From: a bacterium
GTDB lineage: Bacteria; Bacillota_I; Bacilli_A; RF39; UBA660
NCBI GenBank assembly: GCA_963645945.1
Contig: CAVIUA010000024.1
Coordinates: forward strand, 8,394 to 72,393
Length of the DNA: 64,000 nt
Direction of reading: 5' to 3'
Below the pieces are notes generated by a model. That model was given only the letters and a program-made list of their open reading frames with translations, searched no databases and was not told the origin of the DNA. Positions within the stretch are counted from its first letter, which is position 1, and every line of letters starts with the position of its first letter. The position numbers and the translations under genes were made by a program. This document shows, piece after piece, positions 45,316 through 54,835 of this stretch.

Positions 45316-46035
45316 ATGGAAAAAAATAGTTTTTTGGTCGTTAGACACAGTTATGATGATCATAGTTATATTGATGGTAAAAATGATACCGGACTTACAT
45401 TAAAAGGAATCGAAATTGCCAAAAATGCTTGTAAAGAAATCTTGCCTCAAATTGGCGACGGTAAGGTAATAATAAGACATTCAACAAAAAAAAGAGCAAA
45501 GGAAACTGCTGAGATATTAGCAGAATACCTTTCAAAAAATAATATTCCCAGTGAGTGCGTTATGGACGTTGGGTTGACGGAACTATTTCAAGGAACTTTT
45601 GATTTTTTTGATATGGAACATCAAGAAAGAGTTGACTTTCTCCAAAGTTGTTGGGATGATTTTGAAACCTGTAGAATGCAAGGAGATTTGACACATTGTT
45701 TTGGTCAAAATAAAAATAGGAGAATAATCTTAAGACCTGGAGAAAATCATGCACAATGGTCAGTACGCATTGCCACTGGGATGTTACACATCATAGGAGA
45801 TTTAGAACAATCGGCCCAGTCAATAAACATAACACACAGAGGAGCTATCTTTGAAATTGAAAAAATAGTTGAAATGATAAACAACAATATACCCTTTGAT
45901 GATGTAGAAAGGTACCAAACCATTTGGATGCCATATTGTCAAAACAAACAACTACATATAAATGATTTAGAACAAGCCAAAGTTTTAACAAAAAAATATA
46001 TTAGTCAAAGGAGAAAATATGAAAATAATAATTAA
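45316..46035 (+). CDS. Histidine phosphatase superfamily (phosphoglycerate-mutase-like) protein with a variant RHS motif
   Basis: Landmarks are VVRHSYDD (where RHG is expected), GLTLKG, RHSTKKRAKETAEIL, PGENHAQWSVR and ITHRGAI. Confidence 0.6.
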   Translation: MEKNSFLVVRHSYDDHSYIDGKNDTGLTLKGIEIAKNACKEILPQIGDGKVIIRHSTKKRAKETAEILAEYLSKNNIPSECVMDVGLTELFQGTFDFFDMEHQERVDFLQSCWDDFETCRMQGDLTHCFGQNKNRRIILRPGENHAQWSVRIATGMLHIIGDLEQSAQSINITHRGAIFEIEKIVEMINNNIPFDDVERYQTIWMPYCQNKQLHINDLEQAKVLTKKYISQRRKYENNN

Positions 46036-47113
46036 CCAACCTAGGGCATCTTATTTTGTTGGTGGTGCTGAAATGATTTCTTTTGATCACGCCATTAATC
46101 TATATAATTTAGGACATGACATTTATTTTTTTACAATTTTGCCATCAAGTGTAAATTTAAAACACTCCCCACAATTTGAAAAGTTTTATCAAAAGTATTT
46201 TGATAAAATTCACATCATAGAAATTAGTCAGGACAAGAAAGTTGAATACATATATGAAATAGAGCCAGGTCAAGACAGATGCCGTTGGAATATAGAATCT
46301 ATTTATTATAACCAAAAATTATATGAATATATTTTTGAGCATCAAGAAAAATATGATGCTATTTTCTCTTATTATAATTTAGATGCCGTATTCATACCGA
46401 GAAAATATATTTCTAAAAATGTGCTATATTTATGTGGGATTCCAAGGGAACAAAACGATTTTCAAGGAAGTTTTTTATCGGCATATGATACTGTTATTGC
46501 TATTTCTGAAGAAGTAAAAGAATCATGGAAAAGATATTGTAAAAATGAAGTTAAAGTCATATCTACTGGTGTTGATTGTAATAGATTTTCTCCGCAAAAC
46601 AAGTATTCAAGTCCAAAGACGATAAACCTTTTATATGTTGGACGTCTTATTGAACGTAAAAATATTGATAAAATAATACAATCCTATGAGAAATTGCAAA
46701 GCATCTACAATGTAAAACTCATAATCGTTGGTGATGGTCCGGACAGAAAACGTCTAAAAACCATGTCTAATAAATGTGTATTTACAGGAAACGTTCAAAA
46801 TACAGAACATTACTATCAACAAGCAGATATATTTATATCGCCATCAGGTTATGGTGAAGGCCTTCAAGGAACAATATTAGAAGCAATGAGTTGTGGGCTA
46901 ACCATAGTAGCAACCAATACTCAAATCAATAGTGAATTATTAGCTGACGGTAGAGGCTTCGTAGTAGAATCAAACGTTGACTCAATTGTTGAAGGTATAA
47001 AAAGGGCAATAGATAGTGATAGAACCAAAATTTCACAAAAAAATAGAGAATATGTTATTAAACATTATAATTGGAAGAATAAAGTTAATGAAATCTTGGA
47101 GGAATTAAAATGA
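46019..47113 (+). CDS. GT4-family (GT-B, retaining) glycosyltransferase
   Basis: The C-terminal half reads LLYVGRL...KN......A.......L.IVGDGP......, and the EX7E region is SGYGEGLQGTILEAMSCGLTIVAT. It overlaps the previous gene by 17 nt. Confidence 0.75.
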   Translation: MKIIINQPRASYFVGGAEMISFDHAINLYNLGHDIYFFTILPSSVNLKHSPQFEKFYQKYFDKIHIIEISQDKKVEYIYEIEPGQDRCRWNIESIYYNQKLYEYIFEHQEKYDAIFSYYNLDAVFIPRKYISKNVLYLCGIPREQNDFQGSFLSAYDTVIAISEEVKESWKRYCKNEVKVISTGVDCNRFSPQNKYSSPKTINLLYVGRLIERKNIDKIIQSYEKLQSIYNVKLIIVGDGPDRKRLKTMSNKCVFTGNVQNTEHYYQQADIFISPSGYGEGLQGTILEAMSCGLTIVATNTQINSELLADGRGFVVESNVDSIVEGIKRAIDSDRTKISQKNREYVIKHYNWKNKVNEILEELK

Positions 47114-48693
47114 ATATAATTTTTATGAGGCATGGAGAAGCGACTGATAATGTAAAGGAACTGATTTCGGATAGAGAAATTTATTGGTCAACTCTAACAG
47201 AAAATGGAAAAGAGACAGTGATAGAATCGTTAAAATCATTACCAAAAGAAATTACCAAAATTTATGTTTCCCCTTTTCCTAGAACAATACAGACGGCTCA
47301 TTTTGTTCACGAAAAGCATTCCAAAGCAGAGGTCATTATTGAAAAAAGATTACACGAAATAAATCACGGAAAGTATTCAGGAAAAAAGAATAATAATGAA
47401 TTAGATCAAACAAGAATAAAACAAATAGCTGGAGATTATTTTGTTAGGTTTGGTGAATATGGAGAAAATAAGTTTGACATAGAGTTTAGATTATGTGAAT
47501 TTTTGAATGATGTTTATACAAATAATTTTATAGATAATACAGTAATGATAGTTTCTCATGGTTCAATCACTTCCTACATGAAAAGAATTTTAAATGTCAA
47601 GACTCCTCATATAAAAACTGGTAAGATTGAGGAATTTGTCAATGTTGACTTTACACCTCTTTTTAAACACATGAAAAAGCTAAATAAGATAAAGCGTGAA
47701 AAAGAAAAAGAGAGAATACAACAAATCAAAAAGTTAGATGTAAGTGAAGAGTTAAAAGAAAAATTAATAAAAATCTCAAAGAGAGAATTCAACAATATAG
47801 AGTACTCCGATGATTATTTTTTTAATTTTATTGATGGGTTAAATACCAAAAATCTTATCCAAATAAATAATATTGATTTTCCAGAAGGAATAATATTAGT
47901 TTGTTTTTATAATGATTTTTCAAATTTTGCGGAAAAGTGGATTAATCACTATATTAATATTGGAATAAAAAACTTTGTTTTGATTGATAACAATTCTGCA
48001 GATGCTTCAACCTCGATTTTAAAAAAATATGAGAACAAAGTAAATATTTCCTTTTGGAAAATTTCAGATAATTACAACTGTTATAAAATGTGTGGGTGGA
48101 AGCAGCGGATTTTTGAGTTCTATGGTTCTGGGAAACACTACTTAACTGTGGATTCTGATGAACTATTTATATATGAAAATTACAAAAATATATCACTTGA
48201 AGAATATCTAAAATTAAATAAAATACCATTCATAAAAAGTTTAATGCTTGATGTCTACTCTTCAAAGAACATATTTGAGGGAAACATAGATGATTTCAAA
48301 TATGTTGATAAAGGAACCTACAAAATGACAAGTAATGTTCCATACGGACAACGCTTTTTTGGAGGGCCGAGATCTAGGGTTTTTGGAATAAATCCAAGTT
48401 TACAAAAAATACCACTTATTTTCTATAGTGGCAAAGAAATATTTGTAAATGACCATTATTATTATCCGTGGGATATAAATAAAAAAGCAAAGTTCTGTTC
48501 TTATCTATTACATTATAAGTTTTTACCAAGTGATGCAGAAAAGTATGAAACGTTTGTAAAGGATGGAAGACATTGGAATGGTTCCCGTGAATATAAAGTC
48601 TATAATAGAGTTTTTAAAAAAAATAATAATAAACTTTCATTTTATGATGAGAAGTATTCAATTCCCATAGAAAATATAAGCTTTAAATTTTAA
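47110..48693 (+). CDS. Fusion protein: N-terminal histidine phosphatase plus C-terminal GT-A glycosyltransferase (Glyco_tranf_2_4 / GT92-like)
   Basis: The N-terminal part has IFMRHGEATDN, YVSPFPRTIQTA and VSHGS. A K/E-rich linker follows. The C-terminal part reads ILVCFYNDFSNFAEKWINHYINIGIKNFVLIDNNSADAS...LTVDSDELF. An ATGA overlap links it to the GT4 gene. Confidence 0.65.
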   Translation: MNIIFMRHGEATDNVKELISDREIYWSTLTENGKETVIESLKSLPKEITKIYVSPFPRTIQTAHFVHEKHSKAEVIIEKRLHEINHGKYSGKKNNNELDQTRIKQIAGDYFVRFGEYGENKFDIEFRLCEFLNDVYTNNFIDNTVMIVSHGSITSYMKRILNVKTPHIKTGKIEEFVNVDFTPLFKHMKKLNKIKREKEKERIQQIKKLDVSEELKEKLIKISKREFNNIEYSDDYFFNFIDGLNTKNLIQINNIDFPEGIILVCFYNDFSNFAEKWINHYINIGIKNFVLIDNNSADASTSILKKYENKVNISFWKISDNYNCYKMCGWKQRIFEFYGSGKHYLTVDSDELFIYENYKNISLEEYLKLNKIPFIKSLMLDVYSSKNIFEGNIDDFKYVDKGTYKMTSNVPYGQRFFGGPRSRVFGINPSLQKIPLIFYSGKEIFVNDHYYYPWDINKKAKFCSYLLHYKFLPSDAEKYETFVKDGRHWNGSREYKVYNRVFKKNNNKLSFYDEKYSIPIENISFKF

Positions 48694-48707
48694 TAGAGGA
48701 CAAGAAT

Positions 48708-50201
48708 ATGAAATATCTAATATTAAATAATAAGAAAAAAACAACAAAAATTATTAATTATTTAATTGAAAAGGAGTCTCTTCCTAAAATACATAGGAGA
48801 TTAAATATATATACAGAAGATGATACTTTTCAAGTGGAAATTTTAGACAATAAAGTTAGCTATAGAAAAAGTAATAGGCAAAAAACAATTTATATAAAAA
48901 ACAAAAATATAAAATATTTTTTCAAGGTTTTAAACAATGAGAAAAAATATTTTATAAATGATATATTAATATTGAAATTTAAAAACTGTTCTATATTGTT
49001 TGACACTTATCATGGAACAATAATATCAATGGAAAATGAAGAATTATGCTTGGAGTTGGAAAATAAATTTGAACTTATTCATTACTCAAATATTAATGAT
49101 CACAAATTCCATACCATTCCAAAGCCAGAATACATATTTGATGAAATTGGTAATTTAAATGCCAAAATAAAAAACTATGGAGTAAAAACAGGTTTAGATA
49201 TTCGCTCTACAAGCGCTTCTTTAAAGATGCGCGTTTCCAACATTTCTAATAACTATTCATATTTAGAATATTATTACAAATATATAACATCCAATGATTT
49301 ACTGTCTACAAAGTCAGTAAGTAAAAAGAAATATAAAATATCTAATATGAGTATAATAATGCCTGTATACAATCAGGATGTAAGTTATTCATTATTATCT
49401 ATACAAGGACAAAATCTAAGCAAGGATGAGAAGCAAAAGCTTCAGGTTATTGTTATAGATGATGGTTCAAAAAATAATGTTATAGAAGATATTAATAAAG
49501 TAAGAGAAAAATTGGATTTTGAATTACAAATAATTTCTTTTGAAAAAAACCAAGGCCTGTCTAATGCTAGAAACGTTGGGTATGCAATTTCCAAATATGA
49601 ACATATACTTTTCATGGACTCTGATATTATTTTAAGTAAGAATTATATTTATGACATGAGCATCAGACTGCAACTGATACCTAATGCAATATTTATTTGT
49701 ATGAGAAAAAATATAGAAAAAAACTCTGATATTCTAAAGATAAAAAACTTAATAAAAGGCATTGATACTTGTACAGATTTTGATGATAGTAGAGTTGTTA
49801 CCAAAGGCAAGGAATATCACATTGGTTGTGATAAATCGTATGTTAATGAAGAACTTTCAATTTTAGATGACACAGACTATTTCAAGGAGTTGGGCTTTGG
49901 CTCGCAAATAGGCATTTATAATATTGCAACAGTTGTTACAGGACACAACATGGCATTAAATAAATCTTTGATAAGAACAAGTCAACCATTTAGCTCAAAG
50001 TTTAAAGGCTGGGGAATGGAAGATGCTTATTTTTCTTCTAAACTTATATCTGAGGGTTGCTATGTAATACCGGTTTTATCATCATGTGTATATCACACTA
50101 ATCACCCTCCAAGAAGTGGAAGTGAGGAACAAAAAAACAAAGAAGCCCTGATTAATTATAATATCTACAACGATTTATTAAATCAACCGTGGGAGCAATG
50201 A
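48708..50201 (+). CDS. GT2-family glycosyltransferase with an uncharacterised N-terminal domain of about 210 aa
   Basis: The GT-A core is MSIIMPVYNQ...VIVIDDGSKNN...NQGLSNARNVGY...LFMDSDIIL. The C-terminal motif is GWGMEDAYFSSKL. Confidence 0.75.
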   Translation: MKYLILNNKKKTTKIINYLIEKESLPKIHRRLNIYTEDDTFQVEILDNKVSYRKSNRQKTIYIKNKNIKYFFKVLNNEKKYFINDILILKFKNCSILFDTYHGTIISMENEELCLELENKFELIHYSNINDHKFHTIPKPEYIFDEIGNLNAKIKNYGVKTGLDIRSTSASLKMRVSNISNNYSYLEYYYKYITSNDLLSTKSVSKKKYKISNMSIIMPVYNQDVSYSLLSIQGQNLSKDEKQKLQVIVIDDGSKNNVIEDINKVREKLDFELQIISFEKNQGLSNARNVGYAISKYEHILFMDSDIILSKNYIYDMSIRLQLIPNAIFICMRKNIEKNSDILKIKNLIKGIDTCTDFDDSRVVTKGKEYHIGCDKSYVNEELSILDDTDYFKELGFGSQIGIYNIATVVTGHNMALNKSLIRTSQPFSSKFKGWGMEDAYFSSKLISEGCYVIPVLSSCVYHTNHPPRSGSEEQKNKEALINYNIYNDLLNQPWEQ

Positions 50202-50221
50202 TTTTTTTAATGCTGTATAAG

Positions 50222-50306
50222 TAACTCGAATTTTTTCGAGTTTTTTTATGATTTTCAATTTTACTCAGTATCATATATATAGAGATTGAAAAAAATGTTG
50301 AAATAT
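50222..50306. repeat. Right copy of the 85-bp direct repeat
   Basis: See 41322-41406. It contains a second copy of the terminator (ctcgaa-tttt-ttcgag followed by T7, 50225-50247), which here serves the GT2 gene. Confidence 0.9.
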
Positions 50307-50314
50307 GCTATAAT
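50286..50314 (+). promoter_or_regulatory. Sigma-A promoter (extended -10) of the lipoprotein-mtaB-recD2 unit
   Basis: TTGAAA (50286-50291, inside the repeat), a 17-nt spacer and TGcTATAAT (50306-50314, of which TATAAT lies just outside the repeat). Confidence 0.65.
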
Positions 50315-50340
50315 TTGGTAGCAAGAAAGGGCGGTTTCGG

Positions 50341-51018
50341 ATGAAAAAATATTTTGTGTTACTATTGTGTATATTAGTATTGTTAACAGGTTGTGAAGCT
50401 ACTAAAAAGGAAAAGGCAAAGACAGTTAAAGAAAATAAACCAGAAGAAGTTAATTTAATTGAAGTAAATAACGATACTTCTGAAGAAGTAGCAGATGAGG
50501 ATGTCGTAAATTATGTTTCTGATATTGAAAATGAAATAGAAAATATAAATTATACAGAGTCTAACAAAGAAACTATAAAAGAAAAATTAAAAGAAAACTT
50601 TATTATTTTAACAGACTTTATCTTTTATGATGGAACAATAAAAGGAAAAACTTTTAATGAATTAACTACATCAGCTAAAGAAGAAATATTAGAACTTTAT
50701 GAAAAAATAGATAATAAAATAGAAAGTGTTTATCCAAATTATAAAGAAGAAATAAAAGATACTTCAACAAAAGTTTATAGTAAAGCAAAGGAAATGGCTA
50801 TATCTTTAAAAGATTATTTAAAGAAAAGTTATATTGATAGTGTAGGAGAAGATACTTATCAAAAAGAAATGGAAATAATAAAAGATACAAAAGATAAAGT
50901 AAAAGAAAAGGCAGAACCTGTAATAGATACTGCTAAAGAAAAAACAAAAGAAACTTATGAGAAGGCCAAGGATAAATTAAATACTTGGTATCAAGGAATA
51001 AAAGAAAGTAGTGAGTAA
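50341..51018 (+). CDS. Lipoprotein, E/K-rich
   Basis: The signal peptide has the lipobox VLLTGC (MKKYFVLLLCILVLLTG|C). Confidence 0.75.
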   Translation: MKKYFVLLLCILVLLTGCEATKKEKAKTVKENKPEEVNLIEVNNDTSEEVADEDVVNYVSDIENEIENINYTESNKETIKEKLKENFIILTDFIFYDGTIKGKTFNELTTSAKEEILELYEKIDNKIESVYPNYKEEIKDTSTKVYSKAKEMAISLKDYLKKSYIDSVGEDTYQKEMEIIKDTKDKVKEKAEPVIDTAKEKTKETYEKAKDKLNTWYQGIKESSE

Positions 51019-51019
51019 A

Positions 51020-52291
51020 ATGCGTAGTGTTGGAATATTAACTTTAGGATGTAAGGTAAATACTTATGAAAGTGAATATATAATGAACATTCTAAAAGAA
51101 AATAATTATGAGATAAAAAGTTTTGATGATGTATGTGATGTTTACATAATCAATACCTGTACTGTAACAAATACAAGTGATATTAAGTCCAGAAAAATGA
51201 TTAGAAATGCCATTAGAAAAAATAAAGACGCTTGTGTCGTTGCCATGGGTTGTTTCATAGAAGCTAATAAAGATTACGATATTGAAGGCTTAGATATAAT
51301 TATAGGTAATAAAGATAAATCAAAAATTGTTGAGTTATTAGACGAATACTTTACTAAAAAAGAAACTATCATAAAACTTTACAATGATCCTAAAAGTCAA
51401 TTTGAAGATATGTATATCACAAACTTTCCAGGTCGTACTAGAGCTTTTGTTAAGATCCAAGACGGTTGTGAAAACTTTTGTAGTTATTGCATAATTCCAT
51501 TTGTGCGTGGAAAATGTCGTAGTAAAAACGAAGACAAAGTAATTTCTGAAATAAAAGCCTTAGTTAATAACGGCTATCAAGAAGTAGTTTTAACTGGTAT
51601 TCATACCGGTAATTATGGAGTGGATTTAGATACTAACTTTGCTCATCTTTTAAAAGAACTTATCAAAATCGAAGGTCTAAAAAGACTACGTATTTCCTCA
51701 ATTGAAGCAACAGAATTAACTGATGAAGTACTAGAGGTTATCAAAGAAAGTAACATAATAGTTGATCATTTACATATTCCATTGCAAGCCGGCTCTGATG
51801 AAATATTAAAAGCTATGAATCGTAAATATGATTTAGCTTACTTCTTTAAAAAAATTGAAGAGATAAGAAAGATTCGTCCTAATATTTCTATTACTACAGA
51901 TGTAATTGTTGGTTTCCCAGGCGAAACTAAAGAACTATTTGAAAAAACTATTGAAACTTGTCGCAAATTAGAATTTGCTAAAATTCATGTCTTTCCGTAT
52001 AGTGAAAGAAAAGGTACCAAAGCCATTGAATTACCTAATCATGTTGATCCGAGTGAAAAAAAGAGTCGCGCTAGAGAATTATTACTCGTTTCAAAAGAAT
52101 TAGAAGTAGCTTATGCCGAAAAATTCATTGGCAAAACTGAAGAAGTCTTAATAGAAGAAAACAAAGATGATTATAGTCTTGGTCATACAAGTAATTATTT
52201 ACACGTAAAAATACCTAGAACAATAAAACCAAATAATTTTGTATCAGTAACAATAAAAGAAATAGAATATCCATATTGTCTAGGAGAATAG
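51020..52291 (+). CDS. mtaB: tRNA (N6-threonylcarbamoyladenosine) methylthiotransferase MtaB (radical SAM, MiaB-like)
   Basis: The UPF0004 N-domain is VGILTLGCKVNTYESE...INTCTVT, the radical-SAM motif is CENFCSYCIIP, and there is a TRAM-like end. The start is ATG 51020 or GTG 51011. Confidence 0.8.
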   Translation: MRSVGILTLGCKVNTYESEYIMNILKENNYEIKSFDDVCDVYIINTCTVTNTSDIKSRKMIRNAIRKNKDACVVAMGCFIEANKDYDIEGLDIIIGNKDKSKIVELLDEYFTKKETIIKLYNDPKSQFEDMYITNFPGRTRAFVKIQDGCENFCSYCIIPFVRGKCRSKNEDKVISEIKALVNNGYQEVVLTGIHTGNYGVDLDTNFAHLLKELIKIEGLKRLRISSIEATELTDEVLEVIKESNIIVDHLHIPLQAGSDEILKAMNRKYDLAYFFKKIEEIRKIRPNISITTDVIVGFPGETKELFEKTIETCRKLEFAKIHVFPYSERKGTKAIELPNHVDPSEKKSRARELLLVSKELEVAYAEKFIGKTEEVLIEENKDDYSLGHTSNYLHVKIPRTIKPNNFVSVTIKEIEYPYCLGE

Positions 52292-52303
52292 AAGGAGAAA
52301 GAT

Positions 52304-54493
52304 ATGTCATACATTAAGGGAAATTATCGTAAAAGTATTTATACATCAGCACAAGGTTATCACATTGGATTATTTAAAGTAACAGATACCGATGATAAAG
52401 CCATACAACATTATATAAATAAGACAATTACTTTCACCGGTTATTTTCATGAACTTAATGAAACAGATACATATCTTTTTTATGGTAAATTAGTTTTTCA
52501 TCAAAAGTATGGAGAACAGTTTCAAGTAGATAGTTATGAAAGATGTAAACCAGAAGAAAAAGACTCTATAATAGAGTTTTTGACATCCGGACTATTTAAA
52601 GGTATTGGCGAAAAAAAAGCCAAGTCAATTGTAGATGTCTTAGGCAAAGATACATTAAAAATAATTTTAGAAAATCCTGATAACTTAATTCTAATTCCTG
52701 GAATAACAAAAAAAAATATTGAAATTCTTCATAATAAACTTTTGGAATATGAAGCAAGTTATGAAACAATTCTTTATCTTGGTGAACTAGGTTTTTCTAC
52801 AAAAGATGCCATGCTAGTATATAATTTTTATAAGAAAAAAACTAAAGACATAATAGAAGAAAATATTTATAAAATAATTCAGGATATTTATAATTTAACT
52901 TTTAAAAAAATAGATTACATCGCTATAAAATCAGGAGTTAAACAAGATGACAGTATTAGAATAGAAGCCAGTATTATCTACATTATGAATGAAGTAAGTA
53001 ATGCTTATGGACATAGTTATTATTATAAAGAAGAACTATCAGCACTATTACCTAGAGTATTAGGTATACAAGTGTCTGATGAAAAAATAGAAGAAGCTCT
53101 AAAAAATCTCGAGAAGAATCTTTTAATAATTGTAAAAGAAGAAAAGTACTATTTAAAAGAAATGTATGAATCAGAATGCTTAATTGTTAGAAGATTTAAA
53201 ATGTTATCTCATGAAAAAAATATATCAGATAAAAATTTAGATGAAAAAATAAAAGATATAGAAAGTCTTTTAAATATTACTTATAATGAAGAACAATTAA
53301 AAGCCATAAGGGAAAGCTATTTAAAAAAATTTTTAATAATAACTGGAGGACCGGGTACTGGAAAAACCACTATTATGAAAGCAATAACTGAATTGTATCG
53401 TCAAATGAATAAATTAACTTACTCTGAACTTCAAGAAAAAATGGCTCTTCTAGCACCAACCGGTAGGGCAGCTAAAAGAATGACAGAAACAACTCTTCTT
53501 AGAGCCTCAACTATTCATCGCTTTTTAAAATGGCAAAAAGAAACAAATAAATTTCAAGTAAATGAATATAATAAAAGTAAAGTGGAATTTGTAATAATTG
53601 ATGAAGCTAGCATGATAGATACTTATCTAATGGCTAGTCTTTTAAAAGGAATTTCGGCAAATTGTAAAATAATATTAGTAGGAGATGATCACCAGTTACC
53701 ATCTGTTGGTCCAGGCCAAGTATTACATGATTTAATTCATAGTGAAAAATTACCAGTTATCAAATTAACAGAATTATATCGCCAAGGAAAAGATTCTAAT
53801 ATTTTGACACTTGCTTATGATATTAGAAAAGCTTATGTAGATGATAATGTTTTTAACATAGGTGATGACTTAACATTTATTGAAACTAAAAAAACGCTAG
53901 TCGTAAATAATATTATAGAAATAGCTGATGCCTATAAAGATTTATCATACAAGGATTTTCAAATACTTTGTCCAATGTATAAAACACTGGTTGGAATAGA
54001 TGAGATAAATAATCAAATGCAAAAATTTTTTAATCCAAAATCCAAAACAAAAAAAGAAATCACTTCAGCAGATGCAATATTTAGAGAAGGAGACAAAGTA
54101 ATTCAACTTACTAATATGCCTGATGAAAACGTCTATAATGGTGATATCGGCATTATTAAAGAAATAAAAACAAATCCTAAAAAAGAAATAATTATAGATT
54201 TTGACGGGAATATTGTTAAATACACGCCATCTAATTTTAATAATATTCGACTTGCTTACGCTATTTCAATTCATAAGGCTCAAGGTAGTGAATTTGAAGT
54301 AGTAATTATTCCAATAGTTTCAAATTTTAATAAAATGTTATATCAAAAATTAATATATACTGGAGTAACTAGAAGTAAAAAAAGATTATATTTGCTTGGT
54401 GAAATGTCAGCATTAAAACAAGCAGTCAGTAATAATAATGCTGATATTCGTCGTACAACAATTAAAGATTTATTAGAAAACGGTATAAAATAA
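52304..54493 (+). CDS. recD2: RecD2-type (RecD/TraA family) SF1B 5'-3' DNA helicase
   Basis: The N-terminal OB/HhH part includes LTSGLFKGIGEKKAKSIV. Other motifs are ITGGPGTGKTT, LAPTGRAAKRM, IIDEASMID, VGDDHQLPSVGPG and AISIHKAQGSEF. Confidence 0.85.
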   Translation: MSYIKGNYRKSIYTSAQGYHIGLFKVTDTDDKAIQHYINKTITFTGYFHELNETDTYLFYGKLVFHQKYGEQFQVDSYERCKPEEKDSIIEFLTSGLFKGIGEKKAKSIVDVLGKDTLKIILENPDNLILIPGITKKNIEILHNKLLEYEASYETILYLGELGFSTKDAMLVYNFYKKKTKDIIEENIYKIIQDIYNLTFKKIDYIAIKSGVKQDDSIRIEASIIYIMNEVSNAYGHSYYYKEELSALLPRVLGIQVSDEKIEEALKNLEKNLLIIVKEEKYYLKEMYESECLIVRRFKMLSHEKNISDKNLDEKIKDIESLLNITYNEEQLKAIRESYLKKFLIITGGPGTGKTTIMKAITELYRQMNKLTYSELQEKMALLAPTGRAAKRMTETTLLRASTIHRFLKWQKETNKFQVNEYNKSKVEFVIIDEASMIDTYLMASLLKGISANCKIILVGDDHQLPSVGPGQVLHDLIHSEKLPVIKLTELYRQGKDSNILTLAYDIRKAYVDDNVFNIGDDLTFIETKKTLVVNNIIEIADAYKDLSYKDFQILCPMYKTLVGIDEINNQMQKFFNPKSKTKKEITSADAIFREGDKVIQLTNMPDENVYNGDIGIIKEIKTNPKKEIIIDFDGNIVKYTPSNFNNIRLAYAISIHKAQGSEFEVVIIPIVSNFNKMLYQKLIYTGVTRSKKRLYLLGEMSALKQAVSNNNADIRRTTIKDLLENGIK

Positions 54494-54528
54494 TTTTATA
54501 TTTTCCATACTAAAATTGAGGTGAAAAA

Positions 54529-54684
54529 ATGGAAAATTGTTTAAAAAAATGTACTGTTGCGACCATACTACTTGGCACAATGACTGCAATTGCTTATATG
54601 TATTTAAAAAATAATCCAGATATCGTATGCGATATGAAACATCTGGCTAAAAAAACATATGACAAATTAGATGACTTAGATTAA
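54529..54684 (+). CDS. Small (51 aa) single-TM protein, not in the ORF track
   Basis: A GAGGTGA RBS lies 6 nt upstream of the ATG. The translation is MENCLKKCTVATILLGTMTAIAYMYLKNNPDIVCDMKHLAKKTYDKLDDLD and is followed at once by a terminator. Confidence 0.45.
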   Translation: MENCLKKCTVATILLGTMTAIAYMYLKNNPDIVCDMKHLAKKTYDKLDDLD

Positions 54685-54712
54685 TTGACTGACTTAGTCA
54701 ATTTTTCTTTTT
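54684..54712 (+). terminator. Rho-independent terminator
   Basis: attgact-gactt-agtcaat forms a 7-bp stem followed by TTTTTCTTTTT. Confidence 0.7.
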
Positions 54713-54775
54713 GAAAAAATAAAGATATACTGTCCTTGAGATAACTTTTCCCTTGTAAAATAAAGTAAAAGAGCG

Positions 54776-54804
54776 TTGAAAAAAACGGTTTATTTAGATA
54801 TAAT
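54776..54804 (+). promoter_or_regulatory. Sigma-A promoter of parE-parC
   Basis: TTGAAA (54776-54781), a 17-nt spacer and TATAAT (54799-54804). Confidence 0.65.
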
Positions 54805-54835
54805 AGTAAATAGTTGAAATTATAGGAGTGATAAA

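Larger units (their letters stand above)
41322..50306. other. Genomic island of about 8.9 kb bounded by 85-bp direct repeats, with no recombinase gene
   Basis: Direct repeats at 41322-41406 and 50222-50306 enclose six + strand genes (TGase-like, HelD copy 2, histidine phosphatase, GT4, phosphatase-GT fusion, GT2). The repeat duplicates the terminator of the upstream gene and the -35 part of the downstream promoter. Confidence 0.6.

Noticed and set aside
48708-49340. Reading the N-terminal ~210 aa of the GT2 protein as a third, degenerate CYTH domain, because FKNCSILFDTYHGTIISMENE resembles the ..I.LD.V.GLG.F.EIE motif.
   Set aside because: Only one short segment matches. The other CYTH landmarks (the N-terminal ExExK, the RIR strand and so on) are not recognisable, so the match is too weak to report as a feature.
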